From Candidatus Zhuqueibacterota bacterium (GTDB lineage: Bacteria; Zhuqueibacterota; Zhuqueibacteria; Thermofontimicrobiales; Thiofontviventaceae), in NCBI GenBank assembly GCA_016926625.1, contig JAFGOE010000125.1:21341-85340 (forward strand): 64,000 bases of DNA. The letters are read 5' to 3'. The notes beneath the pieces are model-generated. The model had not been told where the DNA came from. It ran no database searches and saw nothing but the letters and a program-made list of their open reading frames with translations. The position numbers were made by a program, and so were the translations under genes. How positions within the stretch are numbered: position 1 is the stretch's first letter; each line of letters opens with the position of its first letter. Positions 39,593 through 50,251 of this stretch are shown piece after piece.

Positions 39593-40798
39593 TTATTTCG
39601 GTCTCACAAACCATTTCTCACCCCCGCTAACCGAAAAGGTGAGCTTATAAATCGTCTCCTCGAACATGTTGCTGTCCAGATTCCCTCGCTTGCCATATGC
39701 AAATGCGAAATCGAGCCGCCCGAAACCTCCATAATAGGGCAGACCGAAACCAAGGGTGGCTAAGTATTCTGAAGCCTTGTTCCCCTGATCATCCGGGTAA
39801 CCCAGAGAACTGAAATTAAAACCAATCCTGTAAGTTATCTTCTTGCGATAAGGCTGCAAGTAACCCGATACCGGCAATAGTTCACAACCAAGAGACACAC
39901 TATGATTATCGTCGAGATTTCCCGAGGTCACACCATCCAGTTCAAATTTCGATAGTGGATGATACAGGTAGTCGACCAGGAAACGAGTTCTATTCTGTAG
40001 CGTGTAGGATGTTCCTGCTCCGAACATGTGAGGTATCCAGAGGTCAGAGCGGACAGTCTTAGTAGCCTCTCCGAAGGTATATTTTATTCTGTTGTTGACA
40101 TTCAGAGGAACTCCTGATGCATATATAGCACCCACAGACCAATTCTTCGTGATGTCAGCAATTAGACCTGCAGTAACGCTTCCCCCCCACATCTTGGTTA
40201 CGATCTGATCCTTTGTATCTCTGAATAAATCCGAGACAAAGATTACCCTCCAAACTTCCTCTGCTTTCCCGAAATTGAAATTTGCGTTGATCCCTAAGAA
40301 ATAGCGCCCGCGATAACTCGTAGCTACACCGAAAGAAATTTGGTTCAATCCGCCCTTGATGTCGATTTCACGCGTGTACTTATTACCCGTTGAAAGGTAA
40401 TCTGATTCGCTCGCCTCTAAGAAATTATAAGTCAGCGGACGCATACCAAATCCGATGACCAACTTATCAACGATGAGCGGTACGGCGAAGCGAACGCCAT
40501 TGACATTGGTATAATGGCTCAAACCATCCATATCAAGCGACTTGATATCCGTGCTTTCGTGCATCAGTTCAGCCTCAAACTTGGTAACCGGTATGGCGAT
40601 CATGGCCGCGGGATTCAGTACATTGATCGAATTAGGATCTGTGACGCTTAAACCGGTACCGCCACGCCCCAGAAGAGTAGGCTGATTGAAATAACTGAAC
40701 TGACCCAGTCGATTTATCTTATAAGTCGTCCCTGCTGAAAGTGAGGTCACGGTGACAGAGCAACACATCAGAATGAATATAATCTTCTTCTTTAACAT
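39593..40798 (-). CDS. Putative outer-membrane beta-barrel protein (FadL/PorV-like fold suspected)
   Basis: A signal peptide is present. Alternating amphipathic beta-strand character is Gly/Tyr/Phe-rich and there are no TM helices. The family assignment is uncertain. Confidence 0.35.
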   Translation of the reverse strand: MLKKKIIFILMCCSVTVTSLSAGTTYKINRLGQFSYFNQPTLLGRGGTGLSVTDPNSINVLNPAAMIAIPVTKFEAELMHESTDIKSLDMDGLSHYTNVNGVRFAVPLIVDKLVIGFGMRPLTYNFLEASESDYLSTGNKYTREIDIKGGLNQISFGVATSYRGRYFLGINANFNFGKAEEVWRVIFVSDLFRDTKDQIVTKMWGGSVTAGLIADITKNWSVGAIYASGVPLNVNNRIKYTFGEATKTVRSDLWIPHMFGAGTSYTLQNRTRFLVDYLYHPLSKFELDGVTSGNLDDNHSVSLGCELLPVSGYLQPYRKKITYRIGFNFSSLGYPDDQGNKASEYLATLGFGLPYYGGFGRLDFAFAYGKRGNLDSNMFEETIYKLTFSVSGGEKWFVRPK

Positions 40799-40816
40799 CA
40801 GGATACCTCATTTAAA

Positions 40817-41980
40817 TTAATAAAAGTCTTCACGGGGTGGCAGCGTATACCTGATCAATATACGCGGAGCCAACAAAGAATCAGCCGACGAACCATAAAA
40901 GGCCGTTCTGGCTATGGTTTCCGATTCACCTGTTGACTGCAACATCAATCCATAATTGACAAATGAAGGATCATTAGCAGACCACATTTGGAACAAGCTG
41001 GTGATATTAACTGTCACCGTATCGTTCAGTACACTACCCGCATAACCGCTAAACGTGGAATCGATGACCAGATCCTGTGGATCGTCTGCTTCGTTACTTA
41101 TTCGCATGACGGTAATGTTCCCGGCGCCCATCGCATCGAAAAGCGATTTTTCATCGTCAATCTTTAAGATCAACTCGGCACGATTGATCGTCGCCGTGCT
41201 ATCCAGATTATCGAGCACATTAAATCGTATCACGCTGCGCGCTGCCACGCCTTTCCCGATATACAGATGATCATCATCGAGATTTAAGTTTTCTTCGATG
41301 ACAAATACGTCTCGATTTGATAGAATATTGACTGTGTCCGGTTCTCCATTGTGTTCATAGATGATCTCGAGTATCGGGCTTTGATTCAACAAGGCTTCGC
41401 GACTGTAAAAATCGACCATGAATGTGGCGTTTTCAGCTTCTATAGACACCCCGAAATTTTCTTCGCCACTCGATGTGTCGATCCAGGTTTCGACCAGATC
41501 GACTGGCAGTTCAAACTCGACGGAATCACCTATCTCAGGGTAAATTTCAGCGGAGCCAAGCGGCATGTTATCAGCCGTCACCTCATTCCATTCTTTGATA
41601 CTGGTCTCGGTCCAATCTGACAGTAGTCTATATACATTCGCATTGAAGGGAGCAGACGCCGTATCACCGAGGACGTCCCAGGAATACAAGGTAATCTTAG
41701 CACTTTCGACTCGATCCACTGAATCGGGGAAAGTAGCAAACGAGAGCAGAAGCCTCGCCTTGTATTCATCATTAGCTTGCCCCAATAGTAAATGCAAACT
41801 CGATCCGGTGTTGTTTTTGAACGTGTAAAATGCGTCTTGCGAGGCATCAGAATAAAGGATTTTTTCGAATAGCTGAGGCCCTTCACCCGTTCCGAGTGGT
41901 AATTTTTTATCTCCACTGCACGCCAGAAGGAGTGCAAAAAGGAGAGGCATTATCATTAACTTTCTCATAAATCTCCTCAT
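40817..41980 (-). CDS. Hypothetical lipoprotein with an internal two-fold repeat
   Basis: The lipobox is LLACSG. The two halves share the pattern AR-x-hh-F/V...RxESAKITL / RAELILKI. No family could be assigned. The start was chosen at MRRFMRKLM. Confidence 0.4.
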   Translation of the reverse strand: MRRFMRKLMIMPLLFALLLACSGDKKLPLGTGEGPQLFEKILYSDASQDAFYTFKNNTGSSLHLLLGQANDEYKARLLLSFATFPDSVDRVESAKITLYSWDVLGDTASAPFNANVYRLLSDWTETSIKEWNEVTADNMPLGSAEIYPEIGDSVEFELPVDLVETWIDTSSGEENFGVSIEAENATFMVDFYSREALLNQSPILEIIYEHNGEPDTVNILSNRDVFVIEENLNLDDDHLYIGKGVAARSVIRFNVLDNLDSTATINRAELILKIDDEKSLFDAMGAGNITVMRISNEADDPQDLVIDSTFSGYAGSVLNDTVTVNITSLFQMWSANDPSFVNYGLMLQSTGESETIARTAFYGSSADSLLAPRILIRYTLPPREDFY

Positions 41981-42011
41981 GATAAGAACGCTTCGATGAG
42001 TTAACTGGAAG

Positions 42012-43268
42012 TTATGCTTTGTTTTGAAATACAATTTGACCCTTTTTTATCGTCATCACGACGTGGTTGATGCCGAAATGATAGGGTAAATAATCTTGAT
42101 TTTTTATATCCCACACGACCAGATCAGCTACATAATGCTCTTTTAGCGTACCGATGCGGTGATCCCTGTCGATGGCACGCGCACCATTCAACGTGGCTGC
42201 AACCCAGCTTTCCTCGGGTGTCATTTTCATCTGGGTACATGCGATGGTCATGATGATGGGTAACGATTCAGTCATACAACTGCCGGGATTAAAATCCGTT
42301 GCCAGGGCGACCGGTAAACCCAGATCGATCATTTTTCTGGCATTGGCGTAGGTTTTTAAACCCAGGAAGAACACGGCTCCCGGTAAAAGCACCGGCGTAA
42401 CGCCCCGTAACTTCATCTGTTGTAGCGAATCATCCGACGCATAATCGAGATGGTCGGCAGAGATGACCCCCAACTCAGCGGCGATTTTCGTAGCAGCGCT
42501 CGATGCTAATTGCTCGGAGTGAATTTTTAATTGGAGTCCCGCATCCTTAGCCGCACCTAAAATCTTTATCGTCTCTTCGATCGTAAACACATGTTCTTCA
42601 CAAAAGATATCACAAAACTCGGCTAATTTCTCGTCCACCACCAGGGGGATCATTTCATTGATGATCAGATCGATATATTTTTGTCTGTCATTACGATATT
42701 CATCGGGGATCTCATGCGCACCGAGAAATGTCGGAACCAGATCCAAAGGCTGCATGGAATCTAATTTTTTTATAACTCGTAATATTTTTATTTCATCGGC
42801 CACGCTGAGGCCGTAACCACTTTTCGCTTCGATGGTGGTTGTTCCATGCCGTAAAAAATTCTTCAGATGGGGAATTGTATGATCAATTAATTCTGTTTCG
42901 CTCGCCGAACGTAATTTCCTCACACTGGAACGAATCCCCCCTCCTGCCAGCGCTATGTCCTGATAGGACTTACCCAGCGCTCGCATTTTGAACTCCTGCT
43001 CTCTGGTTCCGAAGAAAACAGGATGCGTATGGGCATCGACGAATCCCGGAGCAACTAACTTCCCTGCAGCAGATATTACCTTGCATTCCGGTACATGCGC
43101 CATGACATCGTCATGCGTCCCAATCATCACGATCTCATCACCAGCACAGGCGATAGCACCGTGGTTAATCGTTCGCAGACTACCGAAACCATCCGCATTC
43201 GTCTCAGGTATCAATATAACATCGATATGATTAATTACTAAATCTATCGTCGGATCAGTCACACCCAT
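42012..43268 (-). CDS. hutI: Imidazolonepropionase-like amidohydrolase
   Basis: The metal-binding pair is PGFVDAHTHP. The region ALAGGGIRSSVRKLRSASE...HGTTTIEAKSGYGL closely matches the HutI family. Confidence 0.7.
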   Translation of the reverse strand: MGVTDPTIDLVINHIDVILIPETNADGFGSLRTINHGAIACAGDEIVMIGTHDDVMAHVPECKVISAAGKLVAPGFVDAHTHPVFFGTREQEFKMRALGKSYQDIALAGGGIRSSVRKLRSASETELIDHTIPHLKNFLRHGTTTIEAKSGYGLSVADEIKILRVIKKLDSMQPLDLVPTFLGAHEIPDEYRNDRQKYIDLIINEMIPLVVDEKLAEFCDIFCEEHVFTIEETIKILGAAKDAGLQLKIHSEQLASSAATKIAAELGVISADHLDYASDDSLQQMKLRGVTPVLLPGAVFFLGLKTYANARKMIDLGLPVALATDFNPGSCMTESLPIIMTIACTQMKMTPEESWVAATLNGARAIDRDHRIGTLKEHYVADLVVWDIKNQDYLPYHFGINHVVMTIKKGQIVFQNKA

Positions 43269-43397
43269 AATCTACTTTGCCAGATAACGTTGCTCTTCAA
43301 TTAAATAAAATTGTAAGATAGGAAATATTTTTAAGAATACCAAACAAAAAATTACTAACTCAAACTTCGCTTATCAGCGAATTAAAGCTCGAATCGG

Positions 43398-43904
43398 TCA
43401 ATTGATTGGCTCATACTGAACAGTAAAATAGGTTTTATCATCGACCGGAGCGCCCCAATGATTTTTCTTCAGACGAATGGTCAGAAGCGCTATTTTATCC
43501 AGGTAAACCTTCAAATCTTCCCGGGTATTTATCGTAAACGCTTCTTCTTTCCATCCGCTGTACGCATAATATTTCGCTTTTACCTTGTACACCCCGGGTT
43601 GAAGTTTCATCTTATACTCGTAATCCTCTTTGAAATTATAGCTCTCATCAGGCGTGATGCGATAATTATTGACGTACAATTGAATTCGGTTCTTGTAGCT
43701 ATCGTTCATATCGGCCACATTCTCGATTTTTACGATCAGGTTGTGAGGCATATTTTGCTGTTCATATTCAGCCAACGGTGCGATCGGTTTGATCTTGATA
43801 TACGAATCAGACGGATTGATTTCCGAACGAAACGCACAGCCGCTGATGAGAACAGCCGATAATGTAAAAACGATCAGTACGCATAATTTCCGATTTATTT
43901 CCAT
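43398..43904 (-). CDS. Hypothetical small lipoprotein
   Basis: The start is at MEINRK, with lipobox ISGCAF. No homolog was recognised. Confidence 0.35.
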   Translation of the reverse strand: MEINRKLCVLIVFTLSAVLISGCAFRSEINPSDSYIKIKPIAPLAEYEQQNMPHNLIVKIENVADMNDSYKNRIQLYVNNYRITPDESYNFKEDYEYKMKLQPGVYKVKAKYYAYSGWKEEAFTINTREDLKVYLDKIALLTIRLKKNHWGAPVDDKTYFTVQYEPIN

Positions 43905-44016
43905 ACCAATCCTCCACGAAATGACACGTATGTTGAAATTAGCTCTAATTAACATTATATTTTACATGTCAAATTGATTTAAAGTTCATTAAAATGAATG
44001 AAATTATGCATCCGGA

Positions 44017-45459
44017 CTAACGGGTATAGAAATCGATGACCGTCTCGATCGATTTGGCACACACCGGGCAGAAACCGGTAAGGCTTTTTGAGAACATACG
44101 ACAATCTAAATATGGACGATATAAGCCCTCTGATGCATAGCCCGAACCTTCGAATGCGCCTACGTGGTTCCAATATTTCTGATCTCTCAGGAGTTCATGC
44201 ATCTGCTCCGAAATTTGTTTCTGCTGGTCAGCATAGTCAGAACGCGATCGATCCAGATTATGTATGGCGGTAGATAATGAATCATACAGCGACTTCTGCC
44301 AGGGAGTAGGAACAGGTATCCCTTTTTTAATCATCGATGCCCATTTCACCGTGCCGTTTGCCACTATCCCCACATTCGGTTCCCACGGGTCGACTCCCTG
44401 AGGATAGAATTCCGAGTAAGCGACATCCGAAGTATAGTACTCATCACCGAGTCCCCCAAAGGCGTGTCCGAATTCGTGCACAAACACATAATCGCTCCAC
44501 CAACTGGTCTGCTCACCCTCATCCTTGTCATAGCAAGTGGAATAAAGATTATAAATACCGCCGCCACCGTAGCGATTTGAGTTCACCAGAATATAGATTT
44601 GATCATAAGGCACTGCAGAGGCGATATTCCTTATCGCTTCATTTTCGTACGTCAAAACATATCGGGGTGAATCCATGGAGTTGTAGGAACAACCCAGGGC
44701 ATTGTTCTTCCAGATATTTTGACGCGGCTGGTCTATGCCGGAATCGATCGAAGGCACCTCGACCGACCAGATGTTAAAATCGCTCTTACGCGACTTGAAC
44801 GGCTCCTCAGTGAATAATAATTTGGTGTAATGCCGAACTCGTTCACGAAATCTGTCCATCTCCGCCTCCGCATACCCATCGCCCAGGATCACGATATCCA
44901 CCTTGACCGAAGGATCGCCATTGTACATGATTTTTGCGGATTTCAGATTGCCGACATGGCTTTCCCTGTTCACAAACCTTGATTCCGGATCGATCGTAGT
45001 GGAAAATATGTCGTAAAATTTATTGTATTTATCCCTGTTGGCAATAATGACTTGCACCTGTCTCTTCGGATACGGCAGGAGAACAGATTCATGAAATGAT
45101 CTATAAATCCCGTTGGCCGCCTCCTCCGTTGTTTGCCACTCACCGAAGATACTGCAGAAACCACGCGAATATATCATCTGATTCGTCCTGGTATCGATCA
45201 CCTTGAGCAGGTACTTACCAAGATTCAGCGTATCGATCAGATTTACCTTGCTGCCAGACCAAAGCTGCTTGCCTAACAGAGCACATGCAGGCTCTTCGTA
45301 AACAGCGTCTAAACTGATGATTTCTTCACCCTTGATCCCGGTATGATAGTAATCAACGCGCATGGTCTTATCCATGAAAAACGTATCAAAATCAGCCGCA
45401 ACAGCCGAAAAAGTCATCAGAACCAGCAGAAATGTTGTACTCGCTATCTTTCTGTACAC
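44017..45459 (-). CDS. Secreted zinc metallopeptidase, M64 (IgA-peptidase)-like, with Cys-rich C-terminus
   Basis: A signal peptide is present. The motifs are DKTMRVDYYHTG, ILGDGYAEAEMDRF and HExxH (VFVHEFGHAFGGLGDEYY). The C-terminal CxxC pairs are CPVCAKS. Confidence 0.55.
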   Translation of the reverse strand: MYRKIASTTFLLVLMTFSAVAADFDTFFMDKTMRVDYYHTGIKGEEIISLDAVYEEPACALLGKQLWSGSKVNLIDTLNLGKYLLKVIDTRTNQMIYSRGFCSIFGEWQTTEEAANGIYRSFHESVLLPYPKRQVQVIIANRDKYNKFYDIFSTTIDPESRFVNRESHVGNLKSAKIMYNGDPSVKVDIVILGDGYAEAEMDRFRERVRHYTKLLFTEEPFKSRKSDFNIWSVEVPSIDSGIDQPRQNIWKNNALGCSYNSMDSPRYVLTYENEAIRNIASAVPYDQIYILVNSNRYGGGGIYNLYSTCYDKDEGEQTSWWSDYVFVHEFGHAFGGLGDEYYTSDVAYSEFYPQGVDPWEPNVGIVANGTVKWASMIKKGIPVPTPWQKSLYDSLSTAIHNLDRSRSDYADQQKQISEQMHELLRDQKYWNHVGAFEGSGYASEGLYRPYLDCRMFSKSLTGFCPVCAKSIETVIDFYTR

Positions 45460-45482
45460 ATGGGCCTCCTTACGATTGAAGG

Positions 45483-45854
45483 TTACTCTTTTTGAATGAA
45501 TAATCGGATATTTTGAATCGATTTATTGGAAATTTGTACGGCCGGAGTCCATTCCTCTCGAACACATCTCTCCCCTTTACGCGTGGAATCTGTATCCAAA
45601 TCTAAAACAACGGTAGGATCGGGAAAACGATTCTCGATCGTAACGCCATCGATAGTCAATCGCACCACCGTGCTTACAAAGTTTTCTATCGGAACATCCT
45701 TTAAATAGAATTTAATATTAAGACGATTGAATTCGCTTTCGAGTTGCCAGTCGAATTTTTTTATTTCGATCAGATGATCATCCCGGTAGACTGTTTTATG
45801 GCAACACAGAAACGAAAGCAAAATGAACAGACCAAAATATAAATATTTTTTCAT
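45483..45854 (-). CDS. Hypothetical small secreted protein
   Basis: A signal peptide is present and the size is 123 aa. No recognisable family was found. Confidence 0.3.
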   Translation of the reverse strand: MKKYLYFGLFILLSFLCCHKTVYRDDHLIEIKKFDWQLESEFNRLNIKFYLKDVPIENFVSTVVRLTIDGVTIENRFPDPTVVLDLDTDSTRKGERCVREEWTPAVQISNKSIQNIRLFIQKE

Positions 45855-46066
45855 CCCGATTTCCTGCTACTTTTGAGCTCCTTGTATAGAGATCACCTTA
45901 TTTATTTGATTTATATACAAGTTATAAATATACTTATCGCCAAATTAAAATGCAAGTAAAAATAGATTTTTTTTAATATTTAAAATTTTCTTTTGTTTAA
46001 ATGATTTTTTTCTTATATTTAATACTTAAAATATGCAGTCTTGACAACATGGAGCCATGTTCGCGA

Positions 46067-48730
46067 ATGAATACGCAAGAGTTACCCAAAATTTATGCAC
46101 CCGAAGAGATCGAAAGAAAATGGTACAAAATTTGGTTGGATAGTGGTTACTTTCAGGCGAAAGTCAATAACGATAAACTGCCCTATTGTATTGTCATTCC
46201 GCCGCCCAATGTAACAGATAAGCTACACATGGGGCATGCTTACAACAACACAATACAGGATATTTTTATCCGCTTTCATCGGATGCAAGGGTATGAGACC
46301 TTATGGTTACCAGGCACAGACCATGCAGGCATCGCCACACAAAACGTCGTGGAGCGTCACTTAAAGCAGAAGGAGCATAAAACCCGTCACGACATCGGTC
46401 GCGAAAAATTCGTCGAACGCGTATGGGAATGGAAAGAGAAGCATGGGAACATCATCATCGATCAATTAAAAAAAATCGGTTGTTCCTGCGATTGGTCCCG
46501 CGAGCGTTTCACCATGGATGAGGAACTTTCACGTGCCGTTATCGAGGTCTTTTGTTCGCTGTATGAGAAGGGATTGATCTATCGTGGTGAGTATATCATC
46601 AACTGGTGTCCCCGTTGTACCACCGCGCTATCGGATGAGGAAGCCATCCACGAGGACCATGAGGGCAAGTTGTGGTACATTCGATACCCTGTGAAAGATA
46701 CGGAAAAGTCTATCGTGGTTGCCACCACCAGGCCTGAGACCATGCTGGGTGATGTGGCCGTCGCTGTCAATCCAAACGATACCCGATACAAGAAACTCGT
46801 CGGTAAAACAGCGATCCTGCCGATATTAGAACGAGAGATACCGATCATCGCGGACGAATACGTCGATTCCAAGTTCGGGACCGGTGCGGTGAAGATTACA
46901 CCGGCTCATGATCCGAACGACTTTGAAATCGGAAGAAGGCATAATCTGAAACCGATTAACGTGATGAACACCGACGGCACCATGAACGAAAACGCGGGTA
47001 TGTTCAAAGATTACGATCGCTTTCGCTGTCGCGACGCCCTGGTTAAACAATTAGAATCCCAAAAGTTACTCGAAAAAACCGAAAAACATCAACATGCCAT
47101 CGCACACTGCCAGCGATGTTCGACCCTTGTCGAGCCCTATTTATCGAAACAGTGGTTTGTTAAGATAAAGCCGCTGGCTGAACCAGCGATGAAAGTGGTT
47201 CAGGAGGGCAAAATCACTTTTCATCCGTCAAAATGGATCAAGGTCTATATCAATTGGATGGAAAATATCAGGGATTGGTGTATCTCGCGTCAACTATGGT
47301 GGGGTCATCGTATCCCTGTCTATTATTGCAGGGATTGCGATAATATGATGGTTCGACGAGAAGCTCCGCAACGCTGTGATAGCTGTGGCAGTAGCAATAT
47401 AAAGCAGGACGAAGATGTGCTGGATACATGGTTTTCCTCATGGTTGTGGCCGTTCTCGACCCTGGGCTGGCCAGAGAAGACACCGGAGCTCAGATACTTT
47501 TACCCGACCCATACGCTTGTGACCGCAGCGGATATCATTTTCTTCTGGGTAGCAAGAATGATCATGGCAGGGATCGAGTTTATGGATGAGGTTCCGTTCA
47601 GAAAGGTGTATTTCAACGGAATCATACGCGACGAACAGGGACAGAAGATGAGCAAATCCCTGGGTAATGGGATCGATCCGCTGGAGATGGTAGAAAAATA
47701 TAGTGCCGATGCGGTACGATTTTCGCTGATGATTCTCTCCGCAGAAGGACAGGACATAAATCTTTCTGAATCTAAATTCGAAATTGGTCGTAACTTTTCC
47801 AACAAGCTCTGGAACGCCTTCCGTTTTCTTCGTTTAAGTATCAATGAAAACGACATCGAGAACGCGTTTAAAGAATCGTTCAAGCATGATCTGGCCTCGT
47901 TAGAGTCCAGCGATCGATGGATTTTGAGTCGATACCACCGCATCGTTCTAGATATCACGGGCAATATCGAGAGCTTTCGGCTGAACGAAGCCATCGAAAA
48001 GCTCTACGGCTTTTTCTGGCATGAATATTGTGATTGGTATCTGGAACTGATTAAACCACGATTGTATGGTGAGGATAAAACGGCTCGTGACCTTGCGATC
48101 TGCATCGGAGTATATGTACTGAGAGGGATCAGCAAACTTTTACATCCGTTCATCCCGTTTATCACCGAAGAGATCTGGCATCATATCAAGATGCAACATG
48201 AACCTGATCTCATTGTTTCGCAGTGGCCGGAATATGAAGAATCATTCATTGACGATGAAAATGAGAAATCGTTGTTATTAGTTCAGGAGCTGATCAGCGC
48301 GATCAGAAACATACGTGGTGAAATGAACGTTCCGCCGAATAAGAAAGCGAAATTGGTTATTAAGACGACAGAACAAAAAATCGCCGAGAGTAGTCAAATA
48401 TATATACAGAAACTCGCTCAGATCGATGAAATTGTTATCGGACCCGCTGTCAGTAAACCTAAATTTTCAGCGACCACGGTGATTCGTAATATGGAGCTGT
48501 TTATTCCGCTGGAAGGATTAATCGATATCGACCTGGAGAGAACGCGATTGAGCAAAGAAATAGACCGCCTCGAGGCACAGATCGAATCGGCGGATAAGAA
48601 ATTGATGAACAATGATTTCCTCGCCAAGGCCCCGCAAGATGTGATCGATCGCGAAAAGAAAAAGAAAGACGATTTCAAAGAGATTTTAGTTAAGTTTAAG
48701 AATAATTTGCAAAGTCTTATCGATAATTAA
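46067..48730 (+). CDS. valS: Valine--tRNA ligase
   Basis: The class-I HIGH motif is PPPNVTDKLHMGHAYN and the KMSKS motif is present. A C-terminal coiled coil follows. The start was moved to MNTQELPKIYAP (ATG 46067). Confidence 0.95.
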   Translation: MNTQELPKIYAPEEIERKWYKIWLDSGYFQAKVNNDKLPYCIVIPPPNVTDKLHMGHAYNNTIQDIFIRFHRMQGYETLWLPGTDHAGIATQNVVERHLKQKEHKTRHDIGREKFVERVWEWKEKHGNIIIDQLKKIGCSCDWSRERFTMDEELSRAVIEVFCSLYEKGLIYRGEYIINWCPRCTTALSDEEAIHEDHEGKLWYIRYPVKDTEKSIVVATTRPETMLGDVAVAVNPNDTRYKKLVGKTAILPILEREIPIIADEYVDSKFGTGAVKITPAHDPNDFEIGRRHNLKPINVMNTDGTMNENAGMFKDYDRFRCRDALVKQLESQKLLEKTEKHQHAIAHCQRCSTLVEPYLSKQWFVKIKPLAEPAMKVVQEGKITFHPSKWIKVYINWMENIRDWCISRQLWWGHRIPVYYCRDCDNMMVRREAPQRCDSCGSSNIKQDEDVLDTWFSSWLWPFSTLGWPEKTPELRYFYPTHTLVTAADIIFFWVARMIMAGIEFMDEVPFRKVYFNGIIRDEQGQKMSKSLGNGIDPLEMVEKYSADAVRFSLMILSAEGQDINLSESKFEIGRNFSNKLWNAFRFLRLSINENDIENAFKESFKHDLASLESSDRWILSRYHRIVLDITGNIESFRLNEAIEKLYGFFWHEYCDWYLELIKPRLYGEDKTARDLAICIGVYVLRGISKLLHPFIPFITEEIWHHIKMQHEPDLIVSQWPEYEESFIDDENEKSLLLVQELISAIRNIRGEMNVPPNKKAKLVIKTTEQKIAESSQIYIQKLAQIDEIVIGPAVSKPKFSATTVIRNMELFIPLEGLIDIDLERTRLSKEIDRLEAQIESADKKLMNNDFLAKAPQDVIDREKKKKDDFKEILVKFKNNLQSLIDN

Positions 48731-48817
48731 ACAATGATGATTATAAATGAATCAATGAACCATAGGAAAGAGCGGCAACTTACGTTGATTCGCTCTTTCT
48801 TTTATAGAGGAGAAACG

Positions 48818-50179
48818 ATGATGAAATTTATTGGATTGCTTTTTCTGGTCGTTGCGCTCAATTACGTCCATGCGCAGGGACAAGACATGTCGTTGACGAT
48901 ATACAATGAAGACCTGGCACTGGTCAAAGAGATACGCGACATCAAACTGTCACAGGGATTGAACCAGATCGAATTCACCGAGGTCGCCGCTCATATCGAT
49001 CCGACATCGGTGCATGTGAAATCGATCGACGCACCCAATGAAGTAAAGGTGATCGAACAGAATTTTGAATACGACCTCGTTAGCAAGAGTAAAATATTAA
49101 AAAAATACATTGATGAGGAAATTTCCGTAGCAACCAAGGAGAGTGGATTCTTTCAAGGTCAGTTATTGAGCGCATCAGATGGCACGATCGTGCTCAAGAT
49201 GAACGATGGTGGGATTAAGATCCTCTCGGAGGAATCGATCATCTCTGTGGACTTCCCCAAGTTACCCGAGGGCTTAATCACAAAACCCACGCTTGTCTGG
49301 CAGATCAACAGCTCTCGAGATCGAGATAATAATTTAGAGCTGAGCTATCTTACTTCCAATATCAATTGGCATGCTGAATACGTGGCTGTCGTTAAAGATG
49401 ATGACCGTTCTTTGGAGATGAATAGTTGGGTCACCATCGACAACAGGTCCGGTGCCACCTATAAAAATGCCAAACTTAAATTAGTCGCCGGAGACGTGAA
49501 CCTGGTGAGAGAAGCAGTCTCACCCCGCGCGATGGGAAAGTCGTACATGGTCAACGCGCAAGAAATGGCAGCACCTCAATTCGAGGAACGATCATTTTTT
49601 GAGTATCATCTCTATGAATTAGGGAGACGCACAACGGTGAGAGACAATCAAACCAAACAGATCGCCCTGTTTGAAGGAGCCAAAGCCTCGGCAAAGAAAA
49701 TTTACATATTCGATGAAAGTAAATACAACGAGGATATCGGTGTAACCCTGGAGTTCAAAAACAGTAAAGAGAACGGACTCGGAATTCCGTTACCAATGGG
49801 TAAGGTCAGAGTATACAAAGAAGATGTCAAGGATAAATCGTTAGAATTTATCGGCGAAGACAAGATCGAACATACTCCGAAAGATGAAAAAGTACGAATA
49901 TATCTGGGGAATGCATTCGACATTAAAGCGACCCGAAAAGTTCTGAATCAGAAACGTTTAAGCGACAGGGCGAGAGAAGAGACCATCGAGATCGAACTGA
50001 GAAATCGCAAGTCGGAAAAAGTGAATATTCTGGTCGTCGAACATTTATGGGGCGATTGGACTGTCAAAGAATCGACGCACACCTATAAGAAGAAAGACGC
50101 CTACACCCTGGAATTTGATGTTCCGGTCGATGGTGAAAAGGAAGTCACCGTTCAATATACCGTGTTGAAAAAATGGTAA
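48818..50179 (+). CDS. DUF4139-family exported protein (mucoidy-inhibitor MuiA-like)
   Basis: The signal peptide is MMKFIGLLFLVVALNYVHA. The architecture is typical of the DUF4139/TIGR02231 family (...NINWHAEYVAVV...). Confidence 0.55.
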   Translation: MMKFIGLLFLVVALNYVHAQGQDMSLTIYNEDLALVKEIRDIKLSQGLNQIEFTEVAAHIDPTSVHVKSIDAPNEVKVIEQNFEYDLVSKSKILKKYIDEEISVATKESGFFQGQLLSASDGTIVLKMNDGGIKILSEESIISVDFPKLPEGLITKPTLVWQINSSRDRDNNLELSYLTSNINWHAEYVAVVKDDDRSLEMNSWVTIDNRSGATYKNAKLKLVAGDVNLVREAVSPRAMGKSYMVNAQEMAAPQFEERSFFEYHLYELGRRTTVRDNQTKQIALFEGAKASAKKIYIFDESKYNEDIGVTLEFKNSKENGLGIPLPMGKVRVYKEDVKDKSLEFIGEDKIEHTPKDEKVRIYLGNAFDIKATRKVLNQKRLSDRAREETIEIELRNRKSEKVNILVVEHLWGDWTVKESTHTYKKKDAYTLEFDVPVDGEKEVTVQYTVLKKW

Positions 50180-50251
50180 GAACTGATGAAGGCTCAGAAC
50201 AGAAATAATGTTTTGAGCCTGTAAACTGGATATTTATAAAAGCTAATCGTT

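Noticed and set aside
40900-42040. Apparent 1-nt discrepancy between my manual position count and the ORF-track frame around 41977-42034
   Set aside because: It is most likely my own mis-indexing of a sequence line. Track-derived coordinates, adjusted in whole codons, were used for the affected features rather than inferring a frameshift or pseudogene.
50189-50215. Hairpin GGCTCA...TGAGCC after the DUF4139 gene as a possible terminator
   Set aside because: The stem is short and AU-interrupted. It is not followed by a T-run (GTAAACTGG follows).
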